In this document: in pieces, positions 50,687-61,188 of the stretch
How positions within the stretch are numbered: position 1 is the first letter of the stretch
How the letters are laid out: each line of letters opens with the position of its first letter
NCBI GenBank assembly: GCA_965248755.1
Contig: OZ252149.1
Span: forward strand, 2,208,001-2,272,000
DNA: 64,000 bases
Reading direction: 5' to 3'
Source: Candidatus Latescibacterota bacterium
GTDB lineage: Bacteria; Latescibacterota; CBDEFO01
Position numbers and translations under genes: made by a program
Notes under the pieces: model-generated
Databases searched by the model: none
What the model was told of the DNA's origin: nothing
The model's input: only the letters and a program-made list of their open reading frames with translations

Positions 50687-52429
50687 TTATATCGGAAAAT
50701 CGTCTTTAGCTCCTCGGTCCTCCTTGATTACACATTGGACTTCCAGATTATGCGTGAATATTTCTGACAGCACAGCTTGCAGAGTCTTTTTATTCCTCTT
50801 GACCTGGGTTGCGCAGAAGGCATTGTCGCTTTGAAAGGATAAGGTCAACACACCATCAGTTATACTCTCAGGCCGTCCGTCAGTAGAAAGAAAAGTCGCC
50901 AGGGATATACTTTTCTTTTTCACTTTGTCTAAAATTTTCTGCCAGTTATTCTGAAGATTTTCTAAGGTTGTCTCTATGAGATTCCTCTCAACTTCTTCGG
51001 GCCTAATAAGAAGATTAGAAATCTGTTGGAAAATGTTTGATATATCTTTTATTTGGATCGTTAGAATATACTTATTTTCAGAAATCTCTTTAACTCCATT
51101 TATGAATGGGAGCTTTAATAGACTAATAATGTACTGAATATCTTCAGGTTCTATTTGAAGTTCTTCTATCTTTTCTCTTCCTGCTAAACTATCAAAGGTA
51201 AAGTAACCCAATTTCCCATCTTGTAAAGATTGCATTTCTTGGATAATTACTTTGAATTGTTCTAATAAATTTCTTTGGGAAAGATTTTGAGTTAGTAAAT
51301 ACTCCAGTTGCGAGCTTATATCACCGCTACCAGTAAATATATCTTTTAATTCAGTTAAGGTGAAAGGGAATTTAGAATGTGTCTCTACAAGATTTATTAA
51401 ATCTTCTGTTTTTAGCAAGGAGACACCTTTCCTATTTGCTCGTTGCTCTAAATTTCCTCCAGAAAACCTTGGTCCTATTACAACTACGAAATCGGCTTTA
51501 TTTTTCTTTTTATGGTCTTCTAACGAATCCCAATCTATCTGTTGATCTGTAATTTTACCTGATTTACTTGTTTTGCCATCAATATTAACTTTGAATGACT
51601 CTTGACCGATATTTGCTGTAAGTAGGACATCAGTATTCCCCTTACCTCCAATAAGTTCACCCTGGAATCCTAAAAGATTGAAAGCGTGTTTTATTGCTTC
51701 TTCAAAATCGGTTGGAGAGTCACTCTTAAATTGTCTTTCCTTTAAGCCTTCAATAATTGAGTTTGCTTCCATTCTTACCATTTCATCCTTTTCTTCAGGG
51801 GGAGCTGCTCCTTGTTCTTTCAATCTGAATAATCCTGTTCCCACTTTCACAAATAAGGATTTTTCTCCTTTTTGCTTTATATCAGTATAAATTGTCGCCC
51901 CCATCGTTGCATCAGGAGTTTTACCATTAGATGCAATCAGTCTTTCCTTTAATGCAATTTGAGTAATTTCCTTTGCTGAGAGCGGTCTTTTCTCTTTTTT
52001 CAGAACATTATACGCAGCTTCTTTGAAATTCCTAACTATGGATCTGCCCTTAGGCTTCGATTTCCTGCCTTCGAATACCTTGGAGACTCTTACTTCTATC
52101 TCATCCGCTAATAAGGGCTTAGTAACATAATCGCAAGCACCATCTTGCATCGCCTCGACGGCGCTGTTTACCGTTCCATATGCTGCCATTATTATCACAT
52201 CTGTGGAGGGCGAAATCTCTTTGGCCGCGTATAATACTTCCATCCCATCTGCATCCGGCATCTTCAAATCTGTCAATATCAGATCGTAGGAATTTGATTT
52301 TATTTTGTTTATAGCTTGCTTTCGATCCTCTGCAAGATCAATCTGGAAACCTTTTCTTTCTAAGACTTCTTTGAGAAAATCTCTCATAAGTGCCTCATCG
52401 TCTACTACAAGTATGTAGCCTTCTGACAT
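50687..52429 (-). CDS. Chimeric protein: receiver + HARE-HTH + Mrr-like restriction endonuclease + DnaX-C-terminal-like domain
   Basis: ILVVDDE..DLKMP..KP. FKEAAY..L..PLSAKEI..GKTPDATM. FEEAI..LGF..GNTDVL..IDGK. WQKIL..LTLSF. Confidence 0.75.
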   Translation of the reverse strand: MSEGYILVVDDEALMRDFLKEVLERKGFQIDLAEDRKQAINKIKSNSYDLILTDLKMPDADGMEVLYAAKEISPSTDVIIMAAYGTVNSAVEAMQDGACDYVTKPLLADEIEVRVSKVFEGRKSKPKGRSIVRNFKEAAYNVLKKEKRPLSAKEITQIALKERLIASNGKTPDATMGATIYTDIKQKGEKSLFVKVGTGLFRLKEQGAAPPEEKDEMVRMEANSIIEGLKERQFKSDSPTDFEEAIKHAFNLLGFQGELIGGKGNTDVLLTANIGQESFKVNIDGKTSKSGKITDQQIDWDSLEDHKKKNKADFVVVIGPRFSGGNLEQRANRKGVSLLKTEDLINLVETHSKFPFTLTELKDIFTGSGDISSQLEYLLTQNLSQRNLLEQFKVIIQEMQSLQDGKLGYFTFDSLAGREKIEELQIEPEDIQYIISLLKLPFINGVKEISENKYILTIQIKDISNIFQQISNLLIRPEEVERNLIETTLENLQNNWQKILDKVKKKSISLATFLSTDGRPESITDGVLTLSFQSDNAFCATQVKRNKKTLQAVLSEIFTHNLEVQCVIKEDRGAKDDFPI

Positions 52430-52463
52430 GTCTGCTCCTTTTCCAGCTTATAACGATAGATAA

Positions 52464-53225
52464 TCACCTCAACACAAAATGTATCCGGTCGGAGTTCTTT
52501 GAGGCGGGTCTGAGGCTGAAATCGTCGAATATACCCAAAATGTCGAATTCCGACTCTCGCACGGCCTTCTCTATTTCGTCTTTGCTGTATATCCTCTGCC
52601 TGTGCGTCTCTACAAACGTTTCATCCGATCTGTCGAAGCCTATCTTGAAGTGATTGTTCTGTATCTTCGTCTCTGGGTCATAGAAGCTGTGTCTGCTGTA
52701 CGAAAAACCATCTCCTTTTGCCTTACTGGTGTAGTCTCTAAAATACAGAAGCGAATTTCTCTCCATGCAGATGTCGAATATGAATATCCCGGCCGGCTCC
52801 AAAATTTGTCTGATGCTCTTCAGGGCCTTTTTGACCTCTTCTATCTCCATCAGATAGTTCAAACTGTCGTACAGGCACAGCACCGCCTCAAAAGAGCGGC
52901 ATTTCTTAAGGTCCCGAATATCACCGCAGGACAGATCGATTTGCACTCCTGCCTTTTGAGATTTTACCCTTGCCACCTCGACCATAGACCAAGATTCATC
53001 TATGCCTGATGTGTTGTAACCCCTGCTGTGGAGCTCCAGAGCCATAGTCCCTGTGCCACACGCAACGTCCAGAATATCTGAAGGATTAAGATCAAAGTGT
53101 GAAAAGACCGATTCTATGTAATCTGTCCATCTTTTGTAATCAAGGTGGCTCATCACAAAGTCGTATATTTCGGCTAATCGGCTGTAAGGTTCGCAATCCA
53201 CCTTTTTTCTGGATTTGATGCTCAC
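52464..53225 (-). CDS. Class I SAM-dependent methyltransferase
   Basis: YSRLAEIYD, ILDVACGTG, GIDES..M, CLYDSLNYL, L.PAGIFIFD, ETHRQR.Y. Confidence 0.92.
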   Translation of the reverse strand: MSIKSRKKVDCEPYSRLAEIYDFVMSHLDYKRWTDYIESVFSHFDLNPSDILDVACGTGTMALELHSRGYNTSGIDESWSMVEVARVKSQKAGVQIDLSCGDIRDLKKCRSFEAVLCLYDSLNYLMEIEEVKKALKSIRQILEPAGIFIFDICMERNSLLYFRDYTSKAKGDGFSYSRHSFYDPETKIQNNHFKIGFDRSDETFVETHRQRIYSKDEIEKAVRESEFDILGIFDDFSLRPASKNSDRIHFVLR

Positions 53226-53231
53226 GCTAAT

Positions 53232-53513
53232 CTATCCTTCCATATCAACACCTTCATTTCTTTTTTCATCCCTTATCACACGGTAGAAATCCCCTGCAGC
53301 CTTTCTGGTGACGTTGGATTTGGGTATATCCAGGATCTCAATCTCCATAAACCTCTTCGGAAGGCAGATCGTCATAAGCTGACCGGGCGTTATCTGGTTT
53401 GCCGGTTTGATACTGTTGCCGTCTATGAGAACCTTGCCTCTTTGGCATATAGCCTTGGCCTGGGATCGCCTTTTTACTATAGAGCATTTCTTCAAAAAGA
53501 GATCTGCCCTCAT
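53232..53513 (-). CDS. S4-domain RNA-binding protein (YabO/RqcP/Hsp15-like)
   Basis: MRADLFL..IVKRRSQAK..C..GKV.IDG..KPA. Confidence 0.88.
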   Translation of the reverse strand: MRADLFLKKCSIVKRRSQAKAICQRGKVLIDGNSIKPANQITPGQLMTICLPKRFMEIEILDIPKSNVTRKAAGDFYRVIRDEKRNEGVDMEG

Positions 53514-53524
53514 ACAATCGACCT

Positions 53525-54808
53525 CTATTGCAGAAGAGAAATATCGTCCTCATTGAGACGTATGTCTATGTAGAGTCGCTCCCGCTCCCGCTCTAACATC
53601 TCCTCGTATGCCTTTTCTATCTTCTTGAGCCTAACTGAGTATGATATAAAATCGTCTTCATCGTTGAGTTTTATGATGTGAAATCCAAGTTCGGTCATCA
53701 CAGGAGGGCTGATCTCTCCTAACCTCATTTTCCTTATCGCCGCCTTGAAGGCAGGTGATGGACTGTCTCCTCTGGTTGGGAAATATCCTAAGAAGCCTCT
53801 TTCATCGGCGTTCTCGTGGTCATCTGAAAACTGCATCGCCAGTTCCCCAAAATCTTCGCCATCGAATGCCCTCTTGCGGATCTCCTTCATATGCTCTAAC
53901 GCTTTCTTGTTGTCCTCTTGTGTCACCTGAGTCAAAAACAGGATATGCCTTGCCCTTATCTTGTCTTTGTCTTTTTCTTCTAACTTTACGATATGATAGC
54001 CTACTTGAGTCTCAACAATATCGCTTATCTCCCCCGGGCTAAGTGCAAACGCGGCGTCCTCGAACTCTTTAATCATCTTTCCTCTCTCGAAGAACCCCAA
54101 ATCTCCGCCTCTTCGGGACGATCCCGGATCTTCAGAGTACTTTTTGGCTAATTCCTCAAAATCCTCGTCCATTCTGGCTCTCTCCAAGATCTCCTCAGCT
54201 CTTTGGCGTATCTTTTTCTTTTTCTCTAATGAACGTCCCGGCCTTATAAGGATGTGACTTATGCTGATGTTATCGGGCAGACTATCTTTGTACGTCTCTT
54301 TGAACTCCTGTATCTCCTTGCGAGACACCGATGCATTTGCAGATAGTCTGTACATCACTTCATCTCTCAGTTTGGCGTCAACTACCAACTTTTCGATCTT
54401 ATCCCTGAAATCCCTTTCTGTCATATTCTCCTGGGCCAAAGCCTCCTTGAACTGTTCGGCGGTCATATTCCTACCTCTGCTTTCAAATTCCGCCTCTACG
54501 GTCTCCGCGACCTCTTCGCTGTCCAGAACTATAGTGTCCCTTTGGGCTTTGGCTACGATTATCTTCTGGTTTATCAAGACCTCCAGCATATCCTTATACA
54601 TCTTTTTAAGCTCTTCTTCGTCTATATACTCTCTTGATTCTGATATAACCAGTTGGAGTTGCACTGCGTCCTCCAAATCTGACAACAAGATGATCTCATC
54701 CTCGACTACAGCCACTATCTTGTCCGATAGAACCTGACCGAATGCGGATGTCCAAGTCAACAGCAGTAAAACTAAAGGGAACGTTTTAGCGGTGTCCTTT
54801 AATGCCAT
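53525..54808 (-). CDS. surA: SurA-like peptidyl-prolyl isomerase (two parvulin domains)
   Basis: DKIVAVV.DEIILLS, SHILI, FEELAKKYSEDPGS..GGDLG, G.HI.K twice. Confidence 0.88.
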   Translation of the reverse strand: MALKDTAKTFPLVLLLLTWTSAFGQVLSDKIVAVVEDEIILLSDLEDAVQLQLVISESREYIDEEELKKMYKDMLEVLINQKIIVAKAQRDTIVLDSEEVAETVEAEFESRGRNMTAEQFKEALAQENMTERDFRDKIEKLVVDAKLRDEVMYRLSANASVSRKEIQEFKETYKDSLPDNISISHILIRPGRSLEKKKKIRQRAEEILERARMDEDFEELAKKYSEDPGSSRRGGDLGFFERGKMIKEFEDAAFALSPGEISDIVETQVGYHIVKLEEKDKDKIRARHILFLTQVTQEDNKKALEHMKEIRKRAFDGEDFGELAMQFSDDHENADERGFLGYFPTRGDSPSPAFKAAIRKMRLGEISPPVMTELGFHIIKLNDEDDFISYSVRLKKIEKAYEEMLERERERLYIDIRLNEDDISLLQ

Positions 54809-54818
54809 TTTCAGTTTT

Positions 54819-54870
54819 TCCGAAAAGTTCTGCCCCGATTGATTCTATCGGGGATACTTTTGGGAACCCC
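54819..54870. repeat. CCGAAAAG..CTTTTGGG hairpin repeat with nested 21-bp element (54833-54853)
   Basis: TTCCGAAAAGTTCTG-CCCCGATTGATTCTATCGGGG-ATACTTTTGGGAACCCC. Confidence 0.8.
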
Positions 54871-54880
54871 TTGAACATTG

Positions 54881-55765
54881 TTACTCTATACTTATTAGGT
54901 CTGGGGTAGAATCGAGATTTCCATCTGTCTTAGTCAAAAGATCTTTTTCTATACTGTATTTTGTCTTTTGCCGCAAATTCTCTATTAGAGCCCTGAGTCT
55001 TGCGCCATGTCTTTGGGAGCGTATTTTATTTGCTATTTGTGATCTGACCTGCTCTATATCCCTTATTGTGCCTTCATCTTTTTTGTCTATCACCTGTATT
55101 ATGTGGTAGCCCATATCGGTTCGAATCGGACGGGAGATCACATTCACCTTAAGTTTCAAACAGGCGTCCCACAGTTGAGGGTCGGCTTCACGCTTTGAAA
55201 AATAGCCCAGATCACCGCCGTCGAGCGCTGATGAATCCAGGGACTCCTCACGGGCGACGGCTGCGAACCTTTCTCCTGTGAGCAATCTTTTGCGCACCCT
55301 TGCCGCTTCGGTTTTATCCTCTACGAGAATGTGCTGCGCCCTTATTTCAAGATTAGTTCTCGTAAAGTCCTCTTTGTTAGCCTCGTAGTAGACTTGCATG
55401 TCCTTATCAGCTACTTCGGAGATTTTCTCGAACTCTCTGTCCAGAAGTTGAGCTACCAATATCCCTTTTTTTGACCTTTCCAAGAGGTCTTTGATCTTTT
55501 CCTCGTTATCTATGCCCCGGCGCAGGGCCTCCTGGTACAACAACTCCTCATCAACCCACCTTACGACCAGATTAATCTTGTCCTCTACGGATAAACTGTC
55601 GTCTAATTGAGGCGGTAGCTTCTCCTTTAGTGCATCCAGAGTCAAAACCGCGTTTCCGGCCCGGGCCACAGCAGTATCGGTCTTCTCTTTTTTGCCGCAT
55701 CCTGCAAATATGAACAAGCCTAAGGCAATAAGAGCAATCCTTGTTAAATGATAGTGATGAATAAC
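54881..55765 (-). CDS. Parvulin-type PPIase lipoprotein (PrsA-like)
   Basis: Lipobox FAGC, ELLYQEA, AQHILV, FAAVAREES.D..GGDLG, GYHII. Start uncertain. Confidence 0.85.
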   Translation of the reverse strand, partial: VIHHYHLTRIALIALGLFIFAGCGKKEKTDTAVARAGNAVLTLDALKEKLPPQLDDSLSVEDKINLVVRWVDEELLYQEALRRGIDNEEKIKDLLERSKKGILVAQLLDREFEKISEVADKDMQVYYEANKEDFTRTNLEIRAQHILVEDKTEAARVRKRLLTGERFAAVAREESLDSSALDGGDLGYFSKREADPQLWDACLKLKVNVISRPIRTDMGYHIIQVIDKKDEGTIRDIEQVRSQIANKIRSQRHGARLRALIENLRQKTKYSIEKDLLTKTDGNLDSTPDLISIE

Positions 55766-55780
55766 CTTACCCCCACAAAA

Positions 55781-55876
55781 ACAAGTAGACAGTAGAACAG
55801 ACATTCTGTCTAGTTAGACAGCATACAGGGATGGGGGGCGGTGCCCCTGCCTACTGTTTGCTGTTTACTATTTTTA
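55781..55876. repeat. Heptamer-armed hairpin repeat downstream of mfd
   Basis: AGTAGACAG.. left arm, GGGGCGGTGCCCCT core, ..CTACTGTTTGCTGTTTACTA right arm. Confidence 0.7.
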
Positions 55877-55900
55877 AAGTAGCCCCTTGAATATAATTAA

Positions 55901-58900
55901 TCAAATGATTTGTTGCAAGATGTTTTTTGAGCATTGGAGCCATTCGCGCTCGTCTTCACCCTCCAGACGGGCATCTATGGCTACCTGCTCAGATAGCGAA
56001 AATTCCAGGGGGACAGGAGAATGCTTCACAAATAGTTCCACATCTTTTGGGGAAAGTTTTCGCTCTTTCGGAAAGACTAACCTGAGCCTTGATGCCGACA
56101 TCATGATCGTCTCCAATCCCAACTGCTTTGCCAGGATCTTAAGATGTATCGTGTCCAAAAGAGACAGCACTGGATCGGGAAGATTTCCGTAGCGATCCTT
56201 CAACTCCTCCTCAATTGCCAGTATCTCGACAGACCTTGTAGTTTCAGCCAAGCGCTTGTATATTATCACCTTCTGATCTACGTCCGGAATATACTCCTGA
56301 GGGATGTATGCCGAGGCCATTATCTCTACATGAGGATCGGGTGTCTCGTCGCCTTCCTCTCCCTTGAGTTCTCTTATCGCCTCGTCTAAAAGACGACAGT
56401 ACAGGTCGAATCCCACAGCCGCTATGAATCCGTGCTGCTGGGGGCCCAGTATATTTCCACCGCCCCTTATCTCAAGGTCTCTCATTGCTATGTTAAATCC
56501 AGAACCCAGATCTTGGAATTCCTGTATAGCTCTTAGCCTCCTCTTTGCGTCGATATTCAAGGTTCTTTTGGGAGGAACTACCAGGTAAGCGTAAGCCTTC
56601 TGGTTCGATCTACCCACCCTCCCTTTCAACTGATAGAGTTGGGCAAGGCCGAAGCGATCTGCCCTGTTGATTATGATAGTGTTTACGTTTGGGATGTCCA
56701 GACCAGATTCGATTATCATTGTAGACACTAAACAGTCATATTTCTTATCCAAGAACTCCACCATGGTCTTTTCAAGCTCCCGCTCCGGCATCTGGCCGTG
56801 CGCCACAGCAAAGCGTACCTGCGGCAGAAGTCCCCTCAAAAACACCACTATAGAATCTATGGACTGAACTCGATTGTGTACGAAATAGACCTGTCCATTT
56901 CTGTGTATCTCTCTCATGATCGCCTCAGCAATTCTTTCCTCATCGAACTGAACGATCTCGCTGTATATCGGCATCCTCCCTTTAGGAGGAGTGTTGATCA
57001 CAGAGAGGTTACGCACTCCCATAAGGGACATGTGCAAGGTCCTCGGTATAGGCGTAGCTGTCAACGATAGCACATCTACCAGCCTTCTGAAACGCTTGAG
57101 TTCCTCCTTGTTCTTTACTCCGAATCTGTGCTCTTCATCTATGATCACCAGTCCTAAATCCTTAAACTGAACGTCCTTAGATAAAAGGCGCTGTGTCCCT
57201 ATGATTATATCCACTTTCCCGTTCCTTACGCCCTCGACTATTCTTTTTTGCTCCTTTCTTGTCTTAAAACGGCTCAAGACCTCCACCTTTAGGGGGAAGT
57301 TTTCGAGTCTTTCAGTAAAGGTCCTGTGGTGCTGTTGAGCCAGAATAGTAGTCGGAACCAGTACTGCCACCTGTTTGTGATCGCAGACGACTTTGAAGGC
57401 CGCTCGCACAGCCACCTCGGTCTTTCCGTAACCCACGTCTCCGCAGACCAGGCGATCGGTCGGCATATTTTTCTCAAGATCAGCCTTCACATGCTCTACA
57501 GCTAAAAGCTGATCCGGAGTCTCCTGGTACATAAACGATGCCTCAAGCTCCTTTTGCCATAGGGAATCTTCGGAAAATGCAAAGCCCGCCTTTTCCCTCC
57601 TTAGCGCCTGTAGTTCGACGAGCTCCTTGGCCATCATATAGATCGCCCTTTTTGTCTTTTGCTTCATCTTTTCCCACGCCGATCCCCCTAATTTGCTTAA
57701 GGATGGAGGAACACTTTCTTCGACCGAATAGTTCTGAACCCGGTCCAACTGATCGATCGGTACATACAGCTTATCTCTGTCCCGATACAGGATCAAGAGG
57801 AAGTCCTTCTGGACATCATCTACACATAATCTTTCCGCTTTCTGGTATTGCCCGATGCCGTAATCCACGTGAACGACAAAGTCGCCCCTTTGGAGCGATG
57901 TGTAGTTTGAAATTGGGGTCCCCTCTTTGAACTTGTGGTATCTGTGCCTCCTTTTGTAGTGCCCGAAGATCTCGTGGTCGTTCAAAAGGGCGATCTTGGC
58001 TTGCGGAGCGACAAATCCCCTGTGCAGATTTCCTATGCTCATAGAGATCAAATGCCCCACATCCTCTAGCACTTCCTCCAGACGCTCGGCCTGACCCTTG
58101 TTGTCGCACAGGATCTCTATCAGATAACCTTCCTGTGACAGCTTTTCTGTATCTTCCCTCAAGGAGCGCAGATCGCCCTCGTAGCGCCTCATATGAGAAG
58201 CCGCAAAATCGATCTTTCCGTCCGCAGCAGGGTCAAACGTCAGGTTCTCCACAACCACCAGATCCGAAAGCTTACGGTGCAAGGATTCCACATCAGGCGC
58301 AAATAGATCTTTTGGTAGAGACCTACCCTCTTTCCTTTTGCGGCTCTCAAGAGCGCGGTCTATGCGAGCCGAGAACCTGTCCGCCTGGTCATCCAATTCA
58401 TCAGGATCTTGCATAAAGACCAGCCAGTCTTCCTCCAGGTAGTCCAAAATACCTGCTCTTTCTTTGTATATGACCGGCATATATCCCTCAATCCCATCAT
58501 CTAAAATCCCAGATCTGATCTGATCTGACAGCTGATCTAAGGATAGACCTTCCTTTTCCTCTAAACTTTCGATGTTCTTAGAATAATCCTCTGTCAGTCC
58601 TTCAAGCAGAATTACCTCGCGCCGCGGAAGGACTCTAACCTCATCTTTCTGGAGAATAGACCTTTGCGAATAGAGATCGAATTCCCTTATCGACTCTATC
58701 TGATCTCCAAAAAACTCTATTCTCGTCGGATTCTCGGCTCCGAACGAATATACGTCTAATATCCCTCCCCGGATGCTCAACTGGCCTATCCCCTCGACAA
58801 TGGGAACACGCTCAAACCCGATTCCCACCAGAACTGTCGCCAGATACTCTAAATCCACTTCAGATCTAACCTTTAAAGACTGCACCGCCAACTCGAATAT

Positions 58901-59305
58901 GTAAGATGGAATTGTCCATCCCAAGAGGGCCTCCATAGTCGTCACTACTGCAACGTCCTCTTTTTCTATAAGCGAATCCAAAGCCTCCAATCTCAGCCCC
59001 GTTACGTCCCAGCTTGGGGATTTTTCCTCGTAAGGCAAGACATCACATGGTGGAAAATATCTGACCCTTTCTTGACCCAGGATGGTCTCCAGGTCATCTC
59101 TCAATTCCTCCGCCTCTTCCTCACCAACCGTCACGGCCACAAGGGGAAATGGGGTGGTAGATTTAATAGAGGAAAGGACAAAGCCTCCCAGAGATCCAGC
59201 CAATCCACAGACCTTGATCCGATTTGTGTCCGATGCTATTCTTTCCCCAAGCACATCAAAACTTAAAGAACCCTCTAACTTTGCCTTTATGGCAGAAACA
59301 GACAT
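55901..59305 (-). CDS. mfd: Transcription-repair coupling factor
   Basis: RGGILD, GDFVVHVDYGIG, CGDVGYGKTEVA, DEEHRFGV, TATPIPRT, QLKGRVGRS, RDLEIRG.GN.LG. Confidence 0.98.
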   Translation of the reverse strand: MSVSAIKAKLEGSLSFDVLGERIASDTNRIKVCGLAGSLGGFVLSSIKSTTPFPLVAVTVGEEEAEELRDDLETILGQERVRYFPPCDVLPYEEKSPSWDVTGLRLEALDSLIEKEDVAVVTTMEALLGWTIPSYIFELAVQSLKVRSEVDLEYLATVLVGIGFERVPIVEGIGQLSIRGGILDVYSFGAENPTRIEFFGDQIESIREFDLYSQRSILQKDEVRVLPRREVILLEGLTEDYSKNIESLEEKEGLSLDQLSDQIRSGILDDGIEGYMPVIYKERAGILDYLEEDWLVFMQDPDELDDQADRFSARIDRALESRKRKEGRSLPKDLFAPDVESLHRKLSDLVVVENLTFDPAADGKIDFAASHMRRYEGDLRSLREDTEKLSQEGYLIEILCDNKGQAERLEEVLEDVGHLISMSIGNLHRGFVAPQAKIALLNDHEIFGHYKRRHRYHKFKEGTPISNYTSLQRGDFVVHVDYGIGQYQKAERLCVDDVQKDFLLILYRDRDKLYVPIDQLDRVQNYSVEESVPPSLSKLGGSAWEKMKQKTKRAIYMMAKELVELQALRREKAGFAFSEDSLWQKELEASFMYQETPDQLLAVEHVKADLEKNMPTDRLVCGDVGYGKTEVAVRAAFKVVCDHKQVAVLVPTTILAQQHHRTFTERLENFPLKVEVLSRFKTRKEQKRIVEGVRNGKVDIIIGTQRLLSKDVQFKDLGLVIIDEEHRFGVKNKEELKRFRRLVDVLSLTATPIPRTLHMSLMGVRNLSVINTPPKGRMPIYSEIVQFDEERIAEAIMREIHRNGQVYFVHNRVQSIDSIVVFLRGLLPQVRFAVAHGQMPERELEKTMVEFLDKKYDCLVSTMIIESGLDIPNVNTIIINRADRFGLAQLYQLKGRVGRSNQKAYAYLVVPPKRTLNIDAKRRLRAIQEFQDLGSGFNIAMRDLEIRGGGNILGPQQHGFIAAVGFDLYCRLLDEAIRELKGEEGDETPDPHVEIMASAYIPQEYIPDVDQKVIIYKRLAETTRSVEILAIEEELKDRYGNLPDPVLSLLDTIHLKILAKQLGLETIMMSASRLRLVFPKERKLSPKDVELFVKHSPVPLEFSLSEQVAIDARLEGEDEREWLQCSKNILQQII

Positions 59306-59755
59306 ATGAGAACCTTCCCAACAAAGTTCATTTCAATGCAATAATAAGAGCGCAAAAGCGGGCAACAGTATGAAAATACTTCTGACGAACCTCCAAGGGG
59401 AGTCGCTTGATTCTGGTCACGAGTAGAACGCCCAGTCATAATTGTTTGTACTTATAAAAGATAAATCTTGGATGTCCAAAGGTCAAGTTAAATTTCTGGA
59501 TGCCCCACTTGCAGTGGTTACGACACCCGATACTTAACGAGACCCTGTTCTGGTGCTACCTGATGCTTGTCCAGGTCAGACGTCAGCTTACCAATGCGCT
59601 TTGCATCTGTTCTAGAACGCATCTTCTTCTGCGCCAAAAGTATCCCGATAATATCTTAAATTGTAAGAAATCAGAGAAATTCCAAAACCAAATAAGCCCG
59701 GTAATGCAAAAACTTGCAGGGCCTTAATCCTTGCCAGTTATCACCTTAATCCTGG

Positions 59756-59860
59756 CGGGCTATGCGCGATTCGCCGGGGCGATGCTTGGTTCCAGAGATT
59801 CACCTGACATTTCTTCTTTTCTTGCGGTTTCTATAACTTTTTGATTTACTTATATTAACA
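59756..59860. repeat. Dispersed direct repeat, copy 1
   Basis: 40/50 ungapped identity of 59756-59805 with 63496-63545, counted by eye. Weaker similarity continues. Confidence 0.6.
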
Positions 59861-60146
59861 CCCCCATAATCTTGTGCAGTGTTTTTTCTTCTTCCAGCAG
59901 AACAACAGCAGAAACTGCTGCAAAAGACCAGGTCAAGATTGACTTGCTTCTTTAGTTTGTGTGGTATTACGCAGCCATCCGCAAGGAGAATATTATTCTT
60001 GATCTATTTTATGAAGATGATTCCAAGACAAGGTCACGGTAAGGGACAGCCCAAAACTTAGCCTTTAACAGTGAACGGGGAGATCCCCATGTGAAGGGTG
60101 AACTTGCCCAAAGTCTTACTAACCCTAAGAAAGAGGGAAAGCTAAG

Positions 60147-60708
60147 ATGACACAGATAATATTCTATACTCTCCTAACACTGTTAGTCGCTTTGAATGCG
60201 CCTGCTTACGCACAGGATCTTTTAGGCCCCAAAACCGACTATGCTGTTGGGGGTATTCCAGTACCAGTCTTGCTTGCAGGTTTGGACAGAGATGGAGATA
60301 ATGACTTAGCTGTGTCGAAAGTAGGCAGAGATAGTGTATCAGCATTCTTCAAAAATGGAGATGGTACATTTGCATCTTAGGTGTACTATCTCAACGGACC
60401 GGTCCCCCTTCACTATTCAGTCCAGATTTAGATGGGGATAATGACCTGGCTGTGGCTAATGAGATCAGCGATAATGTGTCAGTGTTGTTGAATCTCACTG
60501 ATATCCCTGTTAGCGCCCCTGGCCTTGCAGGAGATTTTGACAGGGACAATGAAGTAGGTCTTTCCGATTCTGTCCCTTTCTCTGGATGTGTTCCGGACAA
60601 CAACCGGTTCAAGCAATTGGGATCCTACATTCGATTTGGACGGTAACGTAGCGGTCGGTCTCTCCGATTCTGTAACTTTTCTGGAATAACTTCGGCAGGA
60701 CCAGATAG
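60147..60708 (+). pseudogene. Decayed secreted FG-GAP repeat + dockerin-like protein
   Basis: Signal peptide, DRDGDNDLAV, stop at 60378-60380, frameshifted DLDGDNDLAVAN, GDFDRDNEVGLSD, FDLDGNVAVGLSD. Confidence 0.75.
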
Positions 60709-60876
60709 CTTGAAGAGGTAATTCAATGCACTATTCGGTGGGCTTGCCTGGTTCTTTTTGTCTGAAGAGTTAGTGCGCTTTAGCGTGGAGTTTGGATAAC
60801 TCCATTATGGTAACTAACTTTCTTAAGCCACATTTGGCCCTACTGACCCCTTTTTACACGTTTGTCCTTCTTAAGT

Positions 60877-61188
60877 CTATGCCTTGAGGTCTAGAGTCTG
60901 CCCCTTATTCGATTCGGGGTCTTGTGAGTTCAAAGCAGTTGTATTCTGTTCTTCATCTTCTGAGTCTTGGGACTCCTCTTTGTTCTGACGCTCTTCCGAC
61001 AGAAGGAGCGTATCTTCTTCCTGGTGCTTTTCCCTGTCTGTGGGCTTGTGCATCCGGGTACTCTGAGCCTTTGCTGACGGAGTCCACTTCTTGCGATCTG
61101 CGTCCGGATGTTTTCTTTGCGATTCGACTACCCTTTCCACCATCTGGGTCTTGGAGAAGGTCTTCTCAATTTCTATTGAATCAGCCAT
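60877..61188 (-). CDS. Hypothetical charged protein with C-terminal KGxxLDLKA motif
   Basis: AGGTGGTGA RBS-like sequence. Low-complexity acidic/basic body. Confidence 0.6.
   Translation of the reverse strand: MADSIEIEKTFSKTQMVERVVESQRKHPDADRKKWTPSAKAQSTRMHKPTDREKHQEEDTLLLSEERQNKEESQDSEDEEQNTTALNSQDPESNKGQTLDLKA

Noticed and set aside
59330..60100. Short ORFs 59500-59727 and 59879-60061
   Set aside because: No RBS or family motifs. The region looks like non-coding or decayed sequence upstream of mfd.
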